DNA of 64,000 nt, taken from Raillietiella orientalis. Lineage: Eukaryota. The DNA lies in contig JAYWIR010000021.1 of assembly GCA_036172245.1 (NCBI GenBank), forward strand, positions 2,604,001 to 2,668,000, given 5' to 3'. The translations under genes and the position numbers were made by a program. The notes below the pieces were generated by a model. It had not been told where the DNA came from and ran no database searches. It saw nothing but the letters and a program-made list of their open reading frames with translations. Numbering within the stretch: position 1 is the stretch's first letter; each line of letters opens with the position of its first letter. Below are positions 52,061 to 64,000 of the stretch, piece by piece.

Positions 52061-53869
52061 TACCAATCACAGAGTAACACTTCGCAGCACAGTGTGGACA
52101 ATTCGTTGCCAGTATGTCACCATCACCGGGCTGTGAACCTTGTGGAGCCAATGCACAGGACTTTGCATCAGTGCCTCCTATGATATCAACGCTAGAAATC
52201 CATTCCGATTTGGATCATACCCTGTTTTCCCCGATGACCCTTTATATTACGTTTAAAATCTACGATTGAGTACTTCCTTTTGTGACCTCCACCCTACTGC
52301 CCATTACAGAAAGTCAGAAAACGTCATCCTACTGGAACAGTGCTTTCACTATACGCATTCTACCGAAAGCTCAAAGAGAAACAAAGTTGAAGTCGTGTGC
52401 ACCAGCAGATGGTCCCGTTCCTGTTTTTACTCTTTCTGATCTTATAGTTGCAGCTACAGGAATGCATCCCTGGAAAGAAGTAGTCTGTAACGGTCAGTTC
52501 TAGTCCGGCACGGCGCACACCCACAGTTATCTGTGCACAATTCTTAAGAATAAAAATGAGCAAAATGCAATGCTGCAACGAATCGGCAGATTTGCTCGTT
52601 TCCTGCTCACAGTAATATCGTAAAGCATAAAAAAAAAAATATTTCATCAAGAGAAATGGCTTGCTTGATATTAATGTCGGATTTAATGCCTCTAAATGGA
52701 GTCGAAATAGCATCCAAAATGCTGCAGCACTGGAAAGAACCGGAATTTCAACGTGGGTCTCATCCATCAAGGTGCATATATGATAGAGGATCTTCTAAGG
52801 CAGTCAGACTGATAATGAACTACCAATTTGCTTTCAGACATTCGTTTAAGAAATTTCAGCTCCATCTAGTTATCTCCGACGTCATCTGTTGTTCTGTTCC
52901 TCAATTTATTATCAGGATAAATTGGAAGCATTTTTGAAACGTTGGCCCCAGATTAGGCCATGAAGCGCAAAGCCCGTTTCGTGTACGAAAGTTACGTGGG
53001 GTGTTTTTCTCAAAATCCGAAAAGAGGCAGAACACCGGAAGCCTGTGTTGAGTCTGTTCTTGGAGTTCGTCTACTGGCACCTTCAGGCTTCCTGTAGCAG
53101 CAGGTGCCCGACAGTGCCTTAAACGGGGAAGGTCCAGAGCTTGATCCCGCAGTCTCCTGACCAGGCAAAGGATCGTTCTCTGGCAGGTCAAACGGCGAAA
53201 CCCACTTGGACTACTGACGACTTGAGGTCGCGAGAAACGCGCAGGATTCGTATCCGTGGGAAGCTCAATTAAGGCGCGATTTTTCGAGCATCATCAGGAA
53301 AACACCTACGAAACACGAACGGAGAAATCGTGTTCGGGAAGCCCAGCATCTCGAAGACAGCCTCCCGGCGAAATGACAAATGCGACGTCACCACCGCAGG
53401 AACCAAACGAAAGAATGCTCTCGGCTTTGCGGTGGCGCCCAAGCTGGAAAACCCTCCTGCGTTTATATTTAGCATCTTTCGAGAGATTTTTGCAACGTTG
53501 AGACTGAGTTCCTCTTTGAAAATTATAGGACATTTGGAGCCATTCGTCTGCTAGCAGAAATAAACTGGGTATTTCGGATTCCTGCGACTGTGTTTGTGCT
53601 GACAGCGAGAGGGATAAAGAGGAGTCGACACGAAAGGGGTGAAGGAGCAAGACAGAATGTTCGAGACTCGCAGACGTTCATGGTAGTGCAGCAGTCAGCT
53701 ACTGCGTTGACAACGCATGGAAGCCGGAAGCTTCCTGCAATCCTTGTTTCCGGCAGAGTCTAGCGCTCGGAGGAGAGGTATCTCGGCAGCGACGAACGAG
53801 AGAAGATGTACACTTCGGAAAATTGGCAGCTTGAGAAAATTCTCGGCGCGACCTCTTTCCTCCGCGCGG

Positions 53870-55600
53870 TGCCACCGCCACCGAGATTCTCCATCAATCA
53901 AGTGCCCAGGTGCGAAGAAACATGATGTTGGATTTCTCGATCTGAGAGAGGAGATCTCGATCGGAGAGAAGACTTGCAGATGGCGAGAAAAGCAGAGAGA
54001 ACCTCTCCCAATTCGTAATTCTCATTCTCATTTTCTCCTCTGCTCGTATCACTCATCTGCGTCTTTCGCCCGGCGCCGTCGACGCAGATGCAGAGTGGTC
54101 CGGGACTGCAAATGTATCAGCTTCCATCGGGCTGCGTATGTGCATCCATACTTTGGGTTATTATTAATCTCAATTTGGGCTCGGAATGGAATCAACGCGG
54201 GTCATGACCATCCATCAAGAGTCTTATTTGCCGCTTCCGAAGACAGCCTTGCGCCTCTAATCAACTGACCATCGCATCAAACCATAGCAATCCGCAGTTT
54301 TCTCGTTCGTTACCTGCAAGTTCGCCGAGATGCTCAGGGAGGTTCCACGGGAGGAATCGCGCACTGATCGGTTACCAGGTTTCACGCTCGCATGACCACT
54401 CACCTGACCTCTCTGCACCCTGCCAGTCGCGGCTGAGAAATCAAAGCTTCGGATCGGACAGATCATGAATGTCATGGCGCGAGGCAGAAGATGAAGTCGC
54501 TGGTGAAAGACTGACAACCAAAGTTGACGAAGAATAATCACAGGGAGCACTGGAATGGCAAAAGAGACGTTGGCAGCGCCGTGGAAAGTCGTTCGAAAGT
54601 CGAAATCCAGCAGCAGGAAGCTCGAGCCACGGAGATGAGTGGACGCAAGGTTCCCTCAGCCACAGTTCGCTTCGGGGGAAGACGGGACTGTACGAATAAA
54701 CGCGCAGTCGAAGGATCGGACCAAGGCTGAGTAGGAAGCGAACGTCAGAACCTCGAATTAGGTTCTTTACTTCCGGTAAAACACACAAGAGAAACAACCC
54801 AGACGAAGGCCGCAGCAATCAAGATGTTCGGAGTTGTCAAAAGCAAAACAAAAACAACATATGGCAGTCTTCTATCTGGAGGAGTACTTTAGCATGTGAA
54901 CACGGAGCCATTTGTTAGCTTCTGAGAAAGCACCTGGAGCGTGAAAGCATCCCTGAAACTCCCTGAGAACTTTCTCGATTAGAATTTCAGGAGAAGAGGA
55001 ATTCTCTCGAAAAAGCGGGAGCTTGAAATACGAATCGCCAGAATTTCGAAAAAGCTGCAGGGGTGGATCGGCAGAGCAGCATGGGAAGGCGCTCGCTTAA
55101 TTTGCTTGCCTTTTTGGGAGCACGAGGCCTAAGGGGGGAAACGCTCCTTCGAGGAAGAGCCAAGATCTGGGCTCTCCGAATTGAGGGAATCTTCCCGATT
55201 GCTATGCATGCGTGTCGTGGTAGCTGCTTGCAAGAACAACAACAGCAAATCCCACTTTTTCAAGCAAAAGCTTCGCTTAGACAGAGGACTTAAGAGATGT
55301 GCGAGGATCAAGAGCCAGAAGAATCTTCCCTCAAACCGTGAAGGCCAGATGCAGTTATTTGCAATGGGTTAGGCGAGCGCCGACGCCTCTTAACATCTGC
55401 CAAAGAAAGGAGCCCATGCATTGTGAGTTATCGCGATAATTACTGTGGGAATCATGGAAACGAGTCGCAGCTATCAAAGATTCCACTGCTTGGCAAAGAT
55501 TTGAGTGACCATGGGAGTATTGCGGTAATTCCATGCTGCGCAGATGGTAAGAAGTCTGACTGGAAGGAGTTTTTTCATCGGCGGCGCTGGAAAAAAAAAC
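53870..55600 (+). mobile_element. THAP...DDE_Tnp_4 transposase relic
   Basis: CRWREK..LLCSYHSSASF (THAP); distal KGAHAL*VIAIITVG, LLGKDLSD, CADGK (DDE). Confidence 0.5.
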
Positions 55601-58499
55601 TCCGTGACGTTGAATTGTAATTAAGTGAACATTGATTACTTTTTCGTTGCAGCCAGATGCTCCTTTAAGTTCAGTTGCTCCCACTCAAACTGGCAGGACA
55701 GAAGGGAATCTCTTTGCTACTTTTCCCTTTGCTGGGATTTGTCGATGTTTCCCTTATTGCATTGGTTGAAAATTTAACCAAAGACTTTTAGGCCTTACTG
55801 AGGTGCCAAGATTTCTCCATCGCAACTACTTTGAAACCACCACAAACCGTGTTCACTTCTGGCCATACCAGCTGAGTTTTACTCATCTTCTACCGCGCTC
55901 TTCACTAGAGAGCATTGGTCACTGTGTGATTAATGTTATTGTTCCTTCCTTTGGTGTCTTGGCTACTACAGTTTTGCCTTCCATGTCTTCCATTCTTACA
56001 GTTATTTTTGTGCCTTTACTGTCTCTACTAATGTGTGACATCACTCTTATGCTATTCACTGCCATTGCCATCCCAACAAATGTTGTCAGTTGTCTGCTGG
56101 ACCCATTTTTCAAGAAACTCGGAAGAGTCATAACGGGATTGTTCTGTTACCCTCCATCATCTTTGTCAGGGAGATTCACAGAAAACAAACACGGAGTTGA
56201 TCATTATTTCATTTTTTTTTTTTTTTTTTTTGCAAGCACCCTTGCTCCAAACGAGCAGAGGAATGAACGCACTGACCTTGTCCTTGATCTTTGGAGCAGA
56301 ATTTGCTGCTTAAAAAGAAGCTAAGAGGATTGGTACGACAGAAGTGTCTCATCCGATTTCAAGGCCTTGCCTGTCAGAATCCATCCTTCCAAATACGAAC
56401 AGTGTTCCCTCAGTTCTTGCGGAAGTTATCCTCCCACAGCAGGTGCCATCTCGGAATGCCACGGAACAACGAAGCTTTTCATTCAATGTTGCTGTTTTTC
56501 TTCATAAAAATAAAGCGCAATCGCATTTTTATTCTTTTCTGGAACCCTTCAAATCGTTCAAAAAGGAAAGAAAGAAAATCAGAGCTTCACGAACTCCTAG
56601 AAGTCAAGAACGCTGCTTGAAGCTCGAAGAAGCAAAGTGGATCCTTGAATGACGTTCGGATCAGAAACATTTGGAAGTCATGAACGATGTTACTGATAGC
56701 ATTGCCGCCAATATGCTGAAAATCGGGGGAAATCCGACTTCACAGCATAAGGCGCGATGCATCCGCTCACACACTTTGAACTGTGCTTCGAGCACTTCTC
56801 GATCCATTGAGTTATAAAAATCCAATCAAGCCTGTTGTCCGATCGCACCATCGAGAGAAGAGGACCGATATAAAGCAGATGAGCTGAGGATGCCTTCATC
56901 TGGGTTTAGTAACAGTGAGCAATGCCATCCGGTCAGCTCCTCCCCTTTTGCTTGCATCCTCACCATCTTGCCGGATCCTGGTCATCTCAGAAATGGATTC
57001 CTGATCTACTTCAGAAAAGGGATTTCGTGGAAACGCATCACTCGGAATCGATTATGATCTCTGCCTGTGGAACAATTCACACAAGAACTTTGGAAGCAGT
57101 ATTTTCAGTCATCTCCTCAATGGTACTGCTGCTGTTACCATGCACTTTTGCGGAGGATTCCTAGAACTTGAATCCTTATTTGCTTCCTCAGTGATGGGCC
57201 TACCGCATGCATATATGTATACCCATGTATGTACTTGGCTGTCCTGGATGATGAGCTGCCTAAGTGCCTGCTCATCTGAAATTTTTTGATGAGGAGGATC
57301 AGGTGCTGGTGGAGAATCGAAACCGTCACCCACTCTGATCCTCCCTCGTCTGGGAGTCTGCCGAAACTTCTCCATCTGCTTTTCAAGAAGCACGTTCTCA
57401 TGAAACCGAAGCACCAAACCCAAAAGGATAAGTGCAAGAATCTGGAAGATCTTTCAGATGATGAAACGACAACCGTTCCGAATGATGAAACAAACAAAAC
57501 TGCGTGCGGAGTGTTCAGGAGATATCCACCATTTCAACTCCAAGAGGAATTCTTCGCTTAAAATGCTTCCATTAGGATTCCATTCCATGCGACAGAAAGC
57601 TGAGGTTCGATTTTCTGATTTGCGGGCATTTCTGTATGCCTCTTTTTCAATTCCCTTCCCATTCCGATCCGACGACATTCCCAATTTCGTTTCCTGTAGG
57701 TGAGAGAGACGGGAAAACAAGACCGCCGAGATGCTTTCATCCGTGGATGCCACACTCATAACGTGGACCTTGAAGCTTAGACTCTCGAGATTATCCCCGG
57801 TGATGGACGGCCTACTCGGAGGAGGGTGTAGAATTTCGCGCTTGCGACCATCGGAAGAACTGAATGGGAGGCCCAAGCAAATCGGCTCTGAGCGCCGATG
57901 CGAACAACGAACAACGCCTTTGTTCGGGTCGCGATTGCTCGACAAAGCCGCAGCTCACCGTATCGGCGAATCGAATGGCTTTCGTGCCGAAATTTCTCGA
58001 ATGCGATCGCCGGGCATACCCACTTTCGACCTACACGACGGATCCTGGGCTTGTCCGGTTCGTTGGTTGGCAGTTTTGGCTGCGAAATGGGATGCATTAA
58101 ATAAATTCCGGTCTCCTTCTCTGTAAGAAAACGGGAACGAATTTCAACGCCGCTCGCCGTTCATCCCATCGCGCTTACCTATCAAATAGGAAAGATGAAT
58201 TTCATCCTAAGCTGAACGTTCCTAAGTGACCTTCACCTTCAAGCATCTCCTCATGTTCCGTGAAAGACGCGGATGGGCAGCACTCCTCTGTACAGATGAC
58301 CGAGGCACGTCAGGCACACAGATGTACCTGACGGGCTGCCGCGTGACTTTACCACGAGACAAAGATTCAGAAAATCTTGCGAGTAATCACTTCCCGGCAC
58401 TTTCCATGCTTTCCTTCTCGCTCAGTGAACTCCAGAAGCAAACTCCTGGCATTGCCTTGTGGTTGCAGCGACTTCCAGTGCCGTTATCCTCAAACACGA

Positions 58500-60130
58500 A
58501 CCCAACAGCCTCACGGAATTTCGCATGAGTAGGAAGTGAAGGAAGAGCTTGAAGCTGAATTTGAAGACATTGGCGCTGAGGAAGGGAGAAGTGAGAGTGA
58601 TGCTCTTTTGTGATGAGGATTTGGGAGACATTTCACTGCGGTAAAAGAAGGATGCCCTTTCGTTGAAGACTCCATGATCAGAATGGTAAGCTGCATTTCA
58701 CTTGCTAATACACAAACTCATCCGTTTTTTTTTTTTTTTACAGAACATCCTTTTTCATAAACCCTCTAACGCATGCATCTAAAGCCGAAGATGGAACCGA
58801 CGATTCTCCTGAAGAAAGCCTCCAGATTGGAGAAATGTGAAGATGAGTGTGTAAAGAATTGTCCATTCTATGTAAAAAAAGACATAGGCAAGGTGACGAA
58901 CGTGCCACATAGCAACCTCACGTGTAAGAATGAGAGGAAACGCCTCGAAACAACGCATTCCATTGCTTACCTTAGCAGCAGAAGACAGTCTTCCGAAGAG
59001 TGGGGCTGCGTGTGAGGAACCAATGCGTCACCATAGCGATTGTGTCATTTGGGTCGCTGGATGTCCGGAACAAAAACATCTGGTTTCCAAGAAGACGAAG
59101 ATCGAATCTGAAGATGTTGGTTTCCAGGTGAAGACGCTCGGATTGAAAGCAAGCTCCTGAAATAACTTCGATAAGAGCAAAAATGAGTTGTTTCCTGTTT
59201 CGTCCCCCAGAGGTCAAATACTTAAATGCCCTCGGGAATGATAATGGATGGAATGAAGCAACTCATGCTTTACCAGTTTATGCAAAGAATCAACTTTTGT
59301 AGAATGTTTTCCTCAACTGGTTATTTAAGAAAACTTAAGGATGGCACAATTTTCACACACCCTCCTGACGTGACAAGGTAAAGACAAACGACGCCAGCGC
59401 GGTCTTCTCTGGAAAAACGCTTTGGTTCAGAGTTCCAGTTAGCATGTGTTGGGATTACAATGAGATGTCTAAAGCAGAGTCAGAAGCTATCCGTGGACTT
59501 CCCAGCTGCTTCCCATCACTTCCAAGAAGACTCGGTCGAGGGATGGAGAAGTCTCCTGACGCAACCTGAGACAACAGCCTGCTATCGTTTGCTCCATTTG
59601 CGGCTACAGCACGCCGGCGTCACGGCTCTCACCTCAGAGTGGAGTGGCTTCTTCCAGAGTCTATGATTCGGATGCTGCTCGTATTGAGTTTGCATTCCTG
59701 AAGGTTATTCGTTTCCCAATTCAGTTCATCATACATGCAAGGGATGTTTACCATATGCCTTTCATCACCCTCTCGTTTCATGCAGCAGCGTTGGATCCGG
59801 GAAAGAGACTGCGTTCCTTTCTGCTTCCCTTCCAGGAGCAGGAAAAGAAGTTTCCATCGTTCAGAGAAAAGCAGATTCAACTTGGAACTGTTCCTCAAGG
59901 AGAAACGCCTTTGCTACTAAAAGACAGAATAAAACGCAAATCGCTTCAGACTTTCCGCCTTCGGGCAGTCACTAAAATCAGTCTTTTTTATAGTTTTATA
60001 ACGGAACAAGCAGGGTCGATAAGATGTCAGTTCAGAAAGCTCACAAAAATAGAACGGTTATGCTCAACACGGAATTCTGTGGAGCACACGATCAAGTTAC
60101 CGCTCCCATCAAGAGGGTCCAACGCTGCAA
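58500..60130. mobile_element. ISL2EU-type relic D: YqaJ (+, ~58500-59200) converging on DDE (-, ~60130-59630)
   Basis: Plus strand: VKNCPF (EIKCP), RLETTH, RHHSDCVIW. Minus strand: LIVCSTEFRVE (IIDCTEFxIE), KRLILVT, LEGKQ. Confidence 0.6.
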
Positions 60131-61199
60131 GCAAATGATGCCACGAACGTTCAGAGTTCCCTGAAGAAGGGATCGCTGCCTCAGTACGTCCCTTTAGCTT
60201 TGCGGACCGAACACGTGCCAATAGGTAGGAAAGACTCAGACGCCTCTGCCCGCGTCGGAGACTTTGTGGTTAAGGCTTCCGCGCGTGGCACCATGAGTCG
60301 GGGGTTCGAATACTCCGGCAGACACTGACGTCACTGCGCCGTTGGGTTCAGAGTTTCTCCTGCAATGGCGCTGGTTGGCCGAGACATTCGGGCGTCGCAC
60401 CGGTGGTGCTTTAAGCCGGAGGCCCCCGATGGAGGTCGGAACAATGGCAGTCGACCTTCGGGTCCTCCCAGGAATCAAGGAGTGGGGAGTTCTCCCTCCG
60501 TTCGTACAAAGGAGAGCGGACCTCCCCTACCGGGGGTACCCCTCCGGTTTCAAGATGGAGCGGGAGCCATCACGGGCACCTCTCCAGTTGTTCAAAGGAG
60601 CGGACCCCCCTGTTGCGGGGGGACCCTCCGAGTCGTTGCCTCTACACAAGAGTGCAAGGAAGCAAGCGAGAACGATCCCCCTAAGGGAAGCTGCAGAGCC
60701 CCTTCTGAGTTTCGGAAGCGTCCCTTCGGTGTTCTCTTCAGAGGAGAGAACAGGAGCGGTTCCCTTGAGGGTTCCCTACGGAGAAGAAATTCCTACTAGC
60801 GTATCCTTTCCGGGTTCCTTCGGAGAAGTTGAAATGGAGAGGACCACCCCCCTTACGGGATGCTCCCTACGGAGGGAATGAGGAAGGGGATTCCCTTCGG
60901 AAACAGTCAGGGTGGAAGGTGCGATCCCCCCTGAAGGGGGGATCCCTCCCCAAGCGTGAGAGGAACAGACTCCGACCCTTCCTGGATTCATAGGGCGAAC
61001 CCCTCCTTCTGGGGTGCCCGCTATCTTGAAGAATAACACGCACCCTCCGCGGGTGGTGTGGAACAGTGTTAAAGAGCCACGTGCGCTGCGAGGCACGCGA
61101 GGTAATTAGCGAACCAAAAAAAAAGAAAACCTGAAAAAACTGAAAGACTCAACCGCCCGCCGCGGCGGCTCCAAACTTTTCTATAGAAAGAGATTTGCC

Positions 61200-61480
61200 T
61201 GGTGGATGCGCTTACTACAATGGCGCTGCATTCTCGGCTGATTCAAGTTGTGTCCAGGAGAGTCTGGCAACACTGCGCCCTGGTGTGTGAACCGAACTCT
61301 GCGGCTGTACAGCATGTGAGCATTCAAACTGTCGGCGGCCGCGTGTGTACGGTCTCCCCGCGCGTGGTACCAAGCGTTGCGGGCTGGAATCCCTACGCGG
61401 AGGATCGACGCCGATTCCTTTCCTCCCGCCCTCCGCAGGATGATTCTGGATGGCCTGGAGGATTTGGGGACGGCGCTGGT
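61200..61480 (+). mobile_element. LINE APE fragment
   Basis: GGRV..WNPYAEDRRRFL (GR..NxYAP..ERxxF). Confidence 0.4.
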
Positions 61481-61483
61481 TGA

Positions 61484-62690
61484 CACCTGGTCACTCGGGT
61501 GCGTTTATTTATAAAATAAACACACACGTCTGTGACAGGACTTTTGATCCTGCCACGTTGCTTACAGCTACGAGAAGGAACCTGCCGGGATCTGGCACGC
61601 ACGCCAGCAGGGTCCGCCTTGGCAGCACAGGGGAAGGGGAGATAAACAAAAAGAAGAAATAAAACAAAAATATACAATTGAAAAAAGGGAAGGTCGAAAG
61701 GGATCACTGTGCGCTGGAGGATGTCCTCTGCATCCTTGTAAGGATACCTGCAAGTTCCTGTTTTAAGGTTCCCTGATGGGGTCATCTTGACATCTTACCA
61801 CCCTCATGAAGAGGGCAGCAGATTAGATGGCGTCCCTGTCGTCCTGGTCTCCTCTTGCGTTGCTCCATGCAGCTACGGTACCGCCGCGTAGGCACCAAAG
61901 TGCTGCTGGGGATGTGGGCTGCCGGTGTGAGGGTGCCTCGCAGAAAGAGGAGCTTTAAAACGTCTCTGGTGTTGCCGCCGGGGATTCCAAGGGTCGCATC
62001 AAAGCGTCCCCAAAGGAGCCAACACACAGTTGACTAGGAGGTTTGGGAAGGATTCCCGCTCCCCGCACCTTGCCCAGTTTGGAACCACACCCATGTCCAA
62101 TGATACCGGCGGGCGTTGCACGGGAGACCTCGGTGCAGCAGTATCAATGCCGACGGGACGTGATTGGAAGTTGATTCTCCGGGGTTCTTCCAGGAACCAA
62201 GGAGGTTCGAAGTTCTCCGGTTGTGAAAATGGAGCCGTACCACGGAGCCGATTGTACCCCCTCAGGGGACTGCCTCTCCAGATGCGCATTGCTTCCCTCC
62301 TTGTAGCTTCTTTCAGAGAAAATTTGAAAGCGTTCCTTCGGGGTTTCGGAAACAACCAGGTCGAGGGTTCCCTTCCAAGCGTGATAGGAACGGACTCCTT
62401 CCTCCGGAGCCTTCCTGGATTCACGGGGTGGTTTCCTCCCGGTGTACACCCGTAACTTGAAGAGTTAAAACGCACCCCTCGGTGGCGTGGACGGCGCTGC
62501 AAAAGCTTCGAGAGTCCCGCTTCCTCTCTCTCCTCCCTCAGGGAGCCGAACGGTTCTTGAGTACTTGGCGAACCAGAAAAGATTGCCCGCGATTTCGCTA
62601 GCATTAGAGTCCGTCTTTTGTTTGGTCGCCGCCACCACCACTTCGGTCATGGTGATAACAAAAGATCTTAGGGGAAGGAGGCAGTTCATT
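61484..62690 (-). mobile_element. Tx1-like LINE 3' half
   Basis: LFWF..LPEGGERG, SALILLHRGLPCNARR, WARCGERESFPNLLVNC, ELAGILTRMQR..*, UTR, AATAAA, terminal hairpin. Confidence 0.8.
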
Positions 62691-62949
62691 TTTTAGGATG
62701 ATGGCTGGGCACTGGAGCGCCCCTCCATTCCATGGTTACTTTCCTAATTGCTGTAAAAGAAAAAAAAAAAATTCCACGGGACGCCTGAAGTGGACGGAAT
62801 CGAAGAAAGCGCTCATTCTTAATGATGAAGAGAAAATAGCGGAGTTTTCGGAGCACTTGCAGAAAATATTGGAGTTCTTTAGCTCTCTCTGCGCAGGGTA
62901 GAAAACCCCCATGGAAACGAAATCGGTTCAGCGTGTTGGTTCTTTGAGT

Positions 62950-63800
62950 AAGAAATCCAACTCTTGCATTCCCTACCGGGAGTCACGCACTCGATGGCAG
63001 CCGTGAAGTGCAGAACACGCGGCCAAGCGATGACGATTTGCAGCTGTAGTCTCAAGGAAAGACTTCCAGAAAATGACAGATCGGTGAATATTTAACTCAA
63101 ATCTGGTTCGGAGTGGGCTCCGCTGTTGATTTCGACCATGACTGGAAACGGGTGCAGTGATAGATGGAAACGCACGCGGGTTCACCGGAGATCAAAGATG
63201 CTGCGGACTAGAGGAGCCGAATCTCCGTTCCGAATATAAGCACGAGGAGGCGGGCTGTGGCTCTCGAGCAAGAGCTGCAGCCAACCGGCTCCAATTTCGG
63301 ATAAGGGAAAGAATAGCATATCTCGCTTCTGCCGGGTAGCAGAGCAGCAACTCTTGCAGGGGGTTTATCTGCCAGGCAAAAGGAAAATAAAATGACATCA
63401 AGTCTTGCATTCTGTCACGAATTTATCGAGATGCACTGAGGGCTTTGGCTGTCTGCTTTGCATCTGATCCGAGAATTTCAAATAATAGTGCTCGTTTTCG
63501 TGTACTTCCCATGGAAGGATCAATTTTCCTTCGAAGAAGGAAATCTTCGAATAAGATTCAGGGAATTTCCAAGGCAAAAGGAAAAAAAAAAAAAAAAATT
63601 CCGCTGTCAGAATCCCTCTCGTCCATTTATTTTCATCAGCTTCGGCTTAGCAGGACGTTCAGGATACAAGAGGAACAAGGACTACTTCCGACCAACTCGC
63701 ATAATCAGGCAGAGCCACTTGCAGGGTTCCATCATTCTCTGCCCAAAGAAAACGTCTTCTGCGTATCTGACTTCCATTTTGTGCGCTGCTTTCCATTTCG
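62950..63800. mobile_element. ISL2EU-type relic E: DDE (+, ~63000-63350) converging on YqaJ (-, ~63800-63350)
   Basis: Plus strand: VIDG..F..L..SEYKH (IIDxTE..YSxYKxH). Minus strand: FGQRMME, LFLLYPERP, EHYYLKFSDQM (HxYYxQxQxQM). Confidence 0.5.
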
Positions 63801-64000
63801 TACATCGTCACCTCAGGTCATTAAACACTGTCATTTTACAGATTACAGTAAAATCCCTGATATTATCGGAGTAGGTAGGAAAAAAAAAAAAAAATTGCTT
63901 CGGGAAAAATTCTATAAATGTTTCCAAAGATCCAAGCAAAACTGCATGTCATCCTTGCCAAAATGCACGCACACAGAGATTCAATGGACCGTATGTGGTA

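Noticed and set aside
57454..57945. APE motif LQETKL or DIRS-like ELKWW in a 163-aa ORF
   Set aside because: Isolated short motifs without the neighbouring motifs in order.
3872..63896. Numerous long A/T homopolymers as retroposon tails
   Set aside because: Many lie inside decayed coding relics with no associated element body; more likely slippage expansions.
1..64000. CRISPR array, rRNA/tRNA genes, prokaryotic operon or endogenous virus
   Set aside because: No repeat-spacer periodicity, no recognisable structural RNA gene and no dense intact ORFs; the YqaJ pieces sit in transposon context rather than viral context.

Overview
Eukaryotic nuclear DNA, probably from an arthropod-like invertebrate (inferred from the mRpL30 sequence and very short introns). 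I can support only one intact gene: a four-coding-exon mitochondrial ribosomal protein L30 (6667-8303, +, 192 aa) in an AT-rich, CpG-poor island, whose last intron probably uses a GC donor. Nearly everything else is a nested graveyard of decayed transposons, and the many GC-rich ORFs in the track are shadows of these. Two classes dominate. (1) About 20 fragments of GC-rich Tx1/L1-clade non-LTR retrotransposons (zinc-knuckle ORF1, APE endonuclease, RT, C-terminal CCHC finger), plus RTE-like and CR1/L2-like RT relics. (2) A dense set of ISL2EU-type (PIF/Harbinger superfamily) relics, in which a THAP/HTH/DDE transposase converges on a SWIM-YqaJ exonuclease gene, plus hAT and P-element relics. All TE calls come from motif recognition by eye across frameshifts, so boundaries are approximate. 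I found no intact novel multi-gene system. The best leads are a covarying 3'-terminal hairpin that ends seven Tx1-like copies in place of a poly(A) tail, an apparently identical 1,056-bp copy of a dead LINE 3' end that stops inside that hairpin, and the clustering of convergent DDE/YqaJ pairs.
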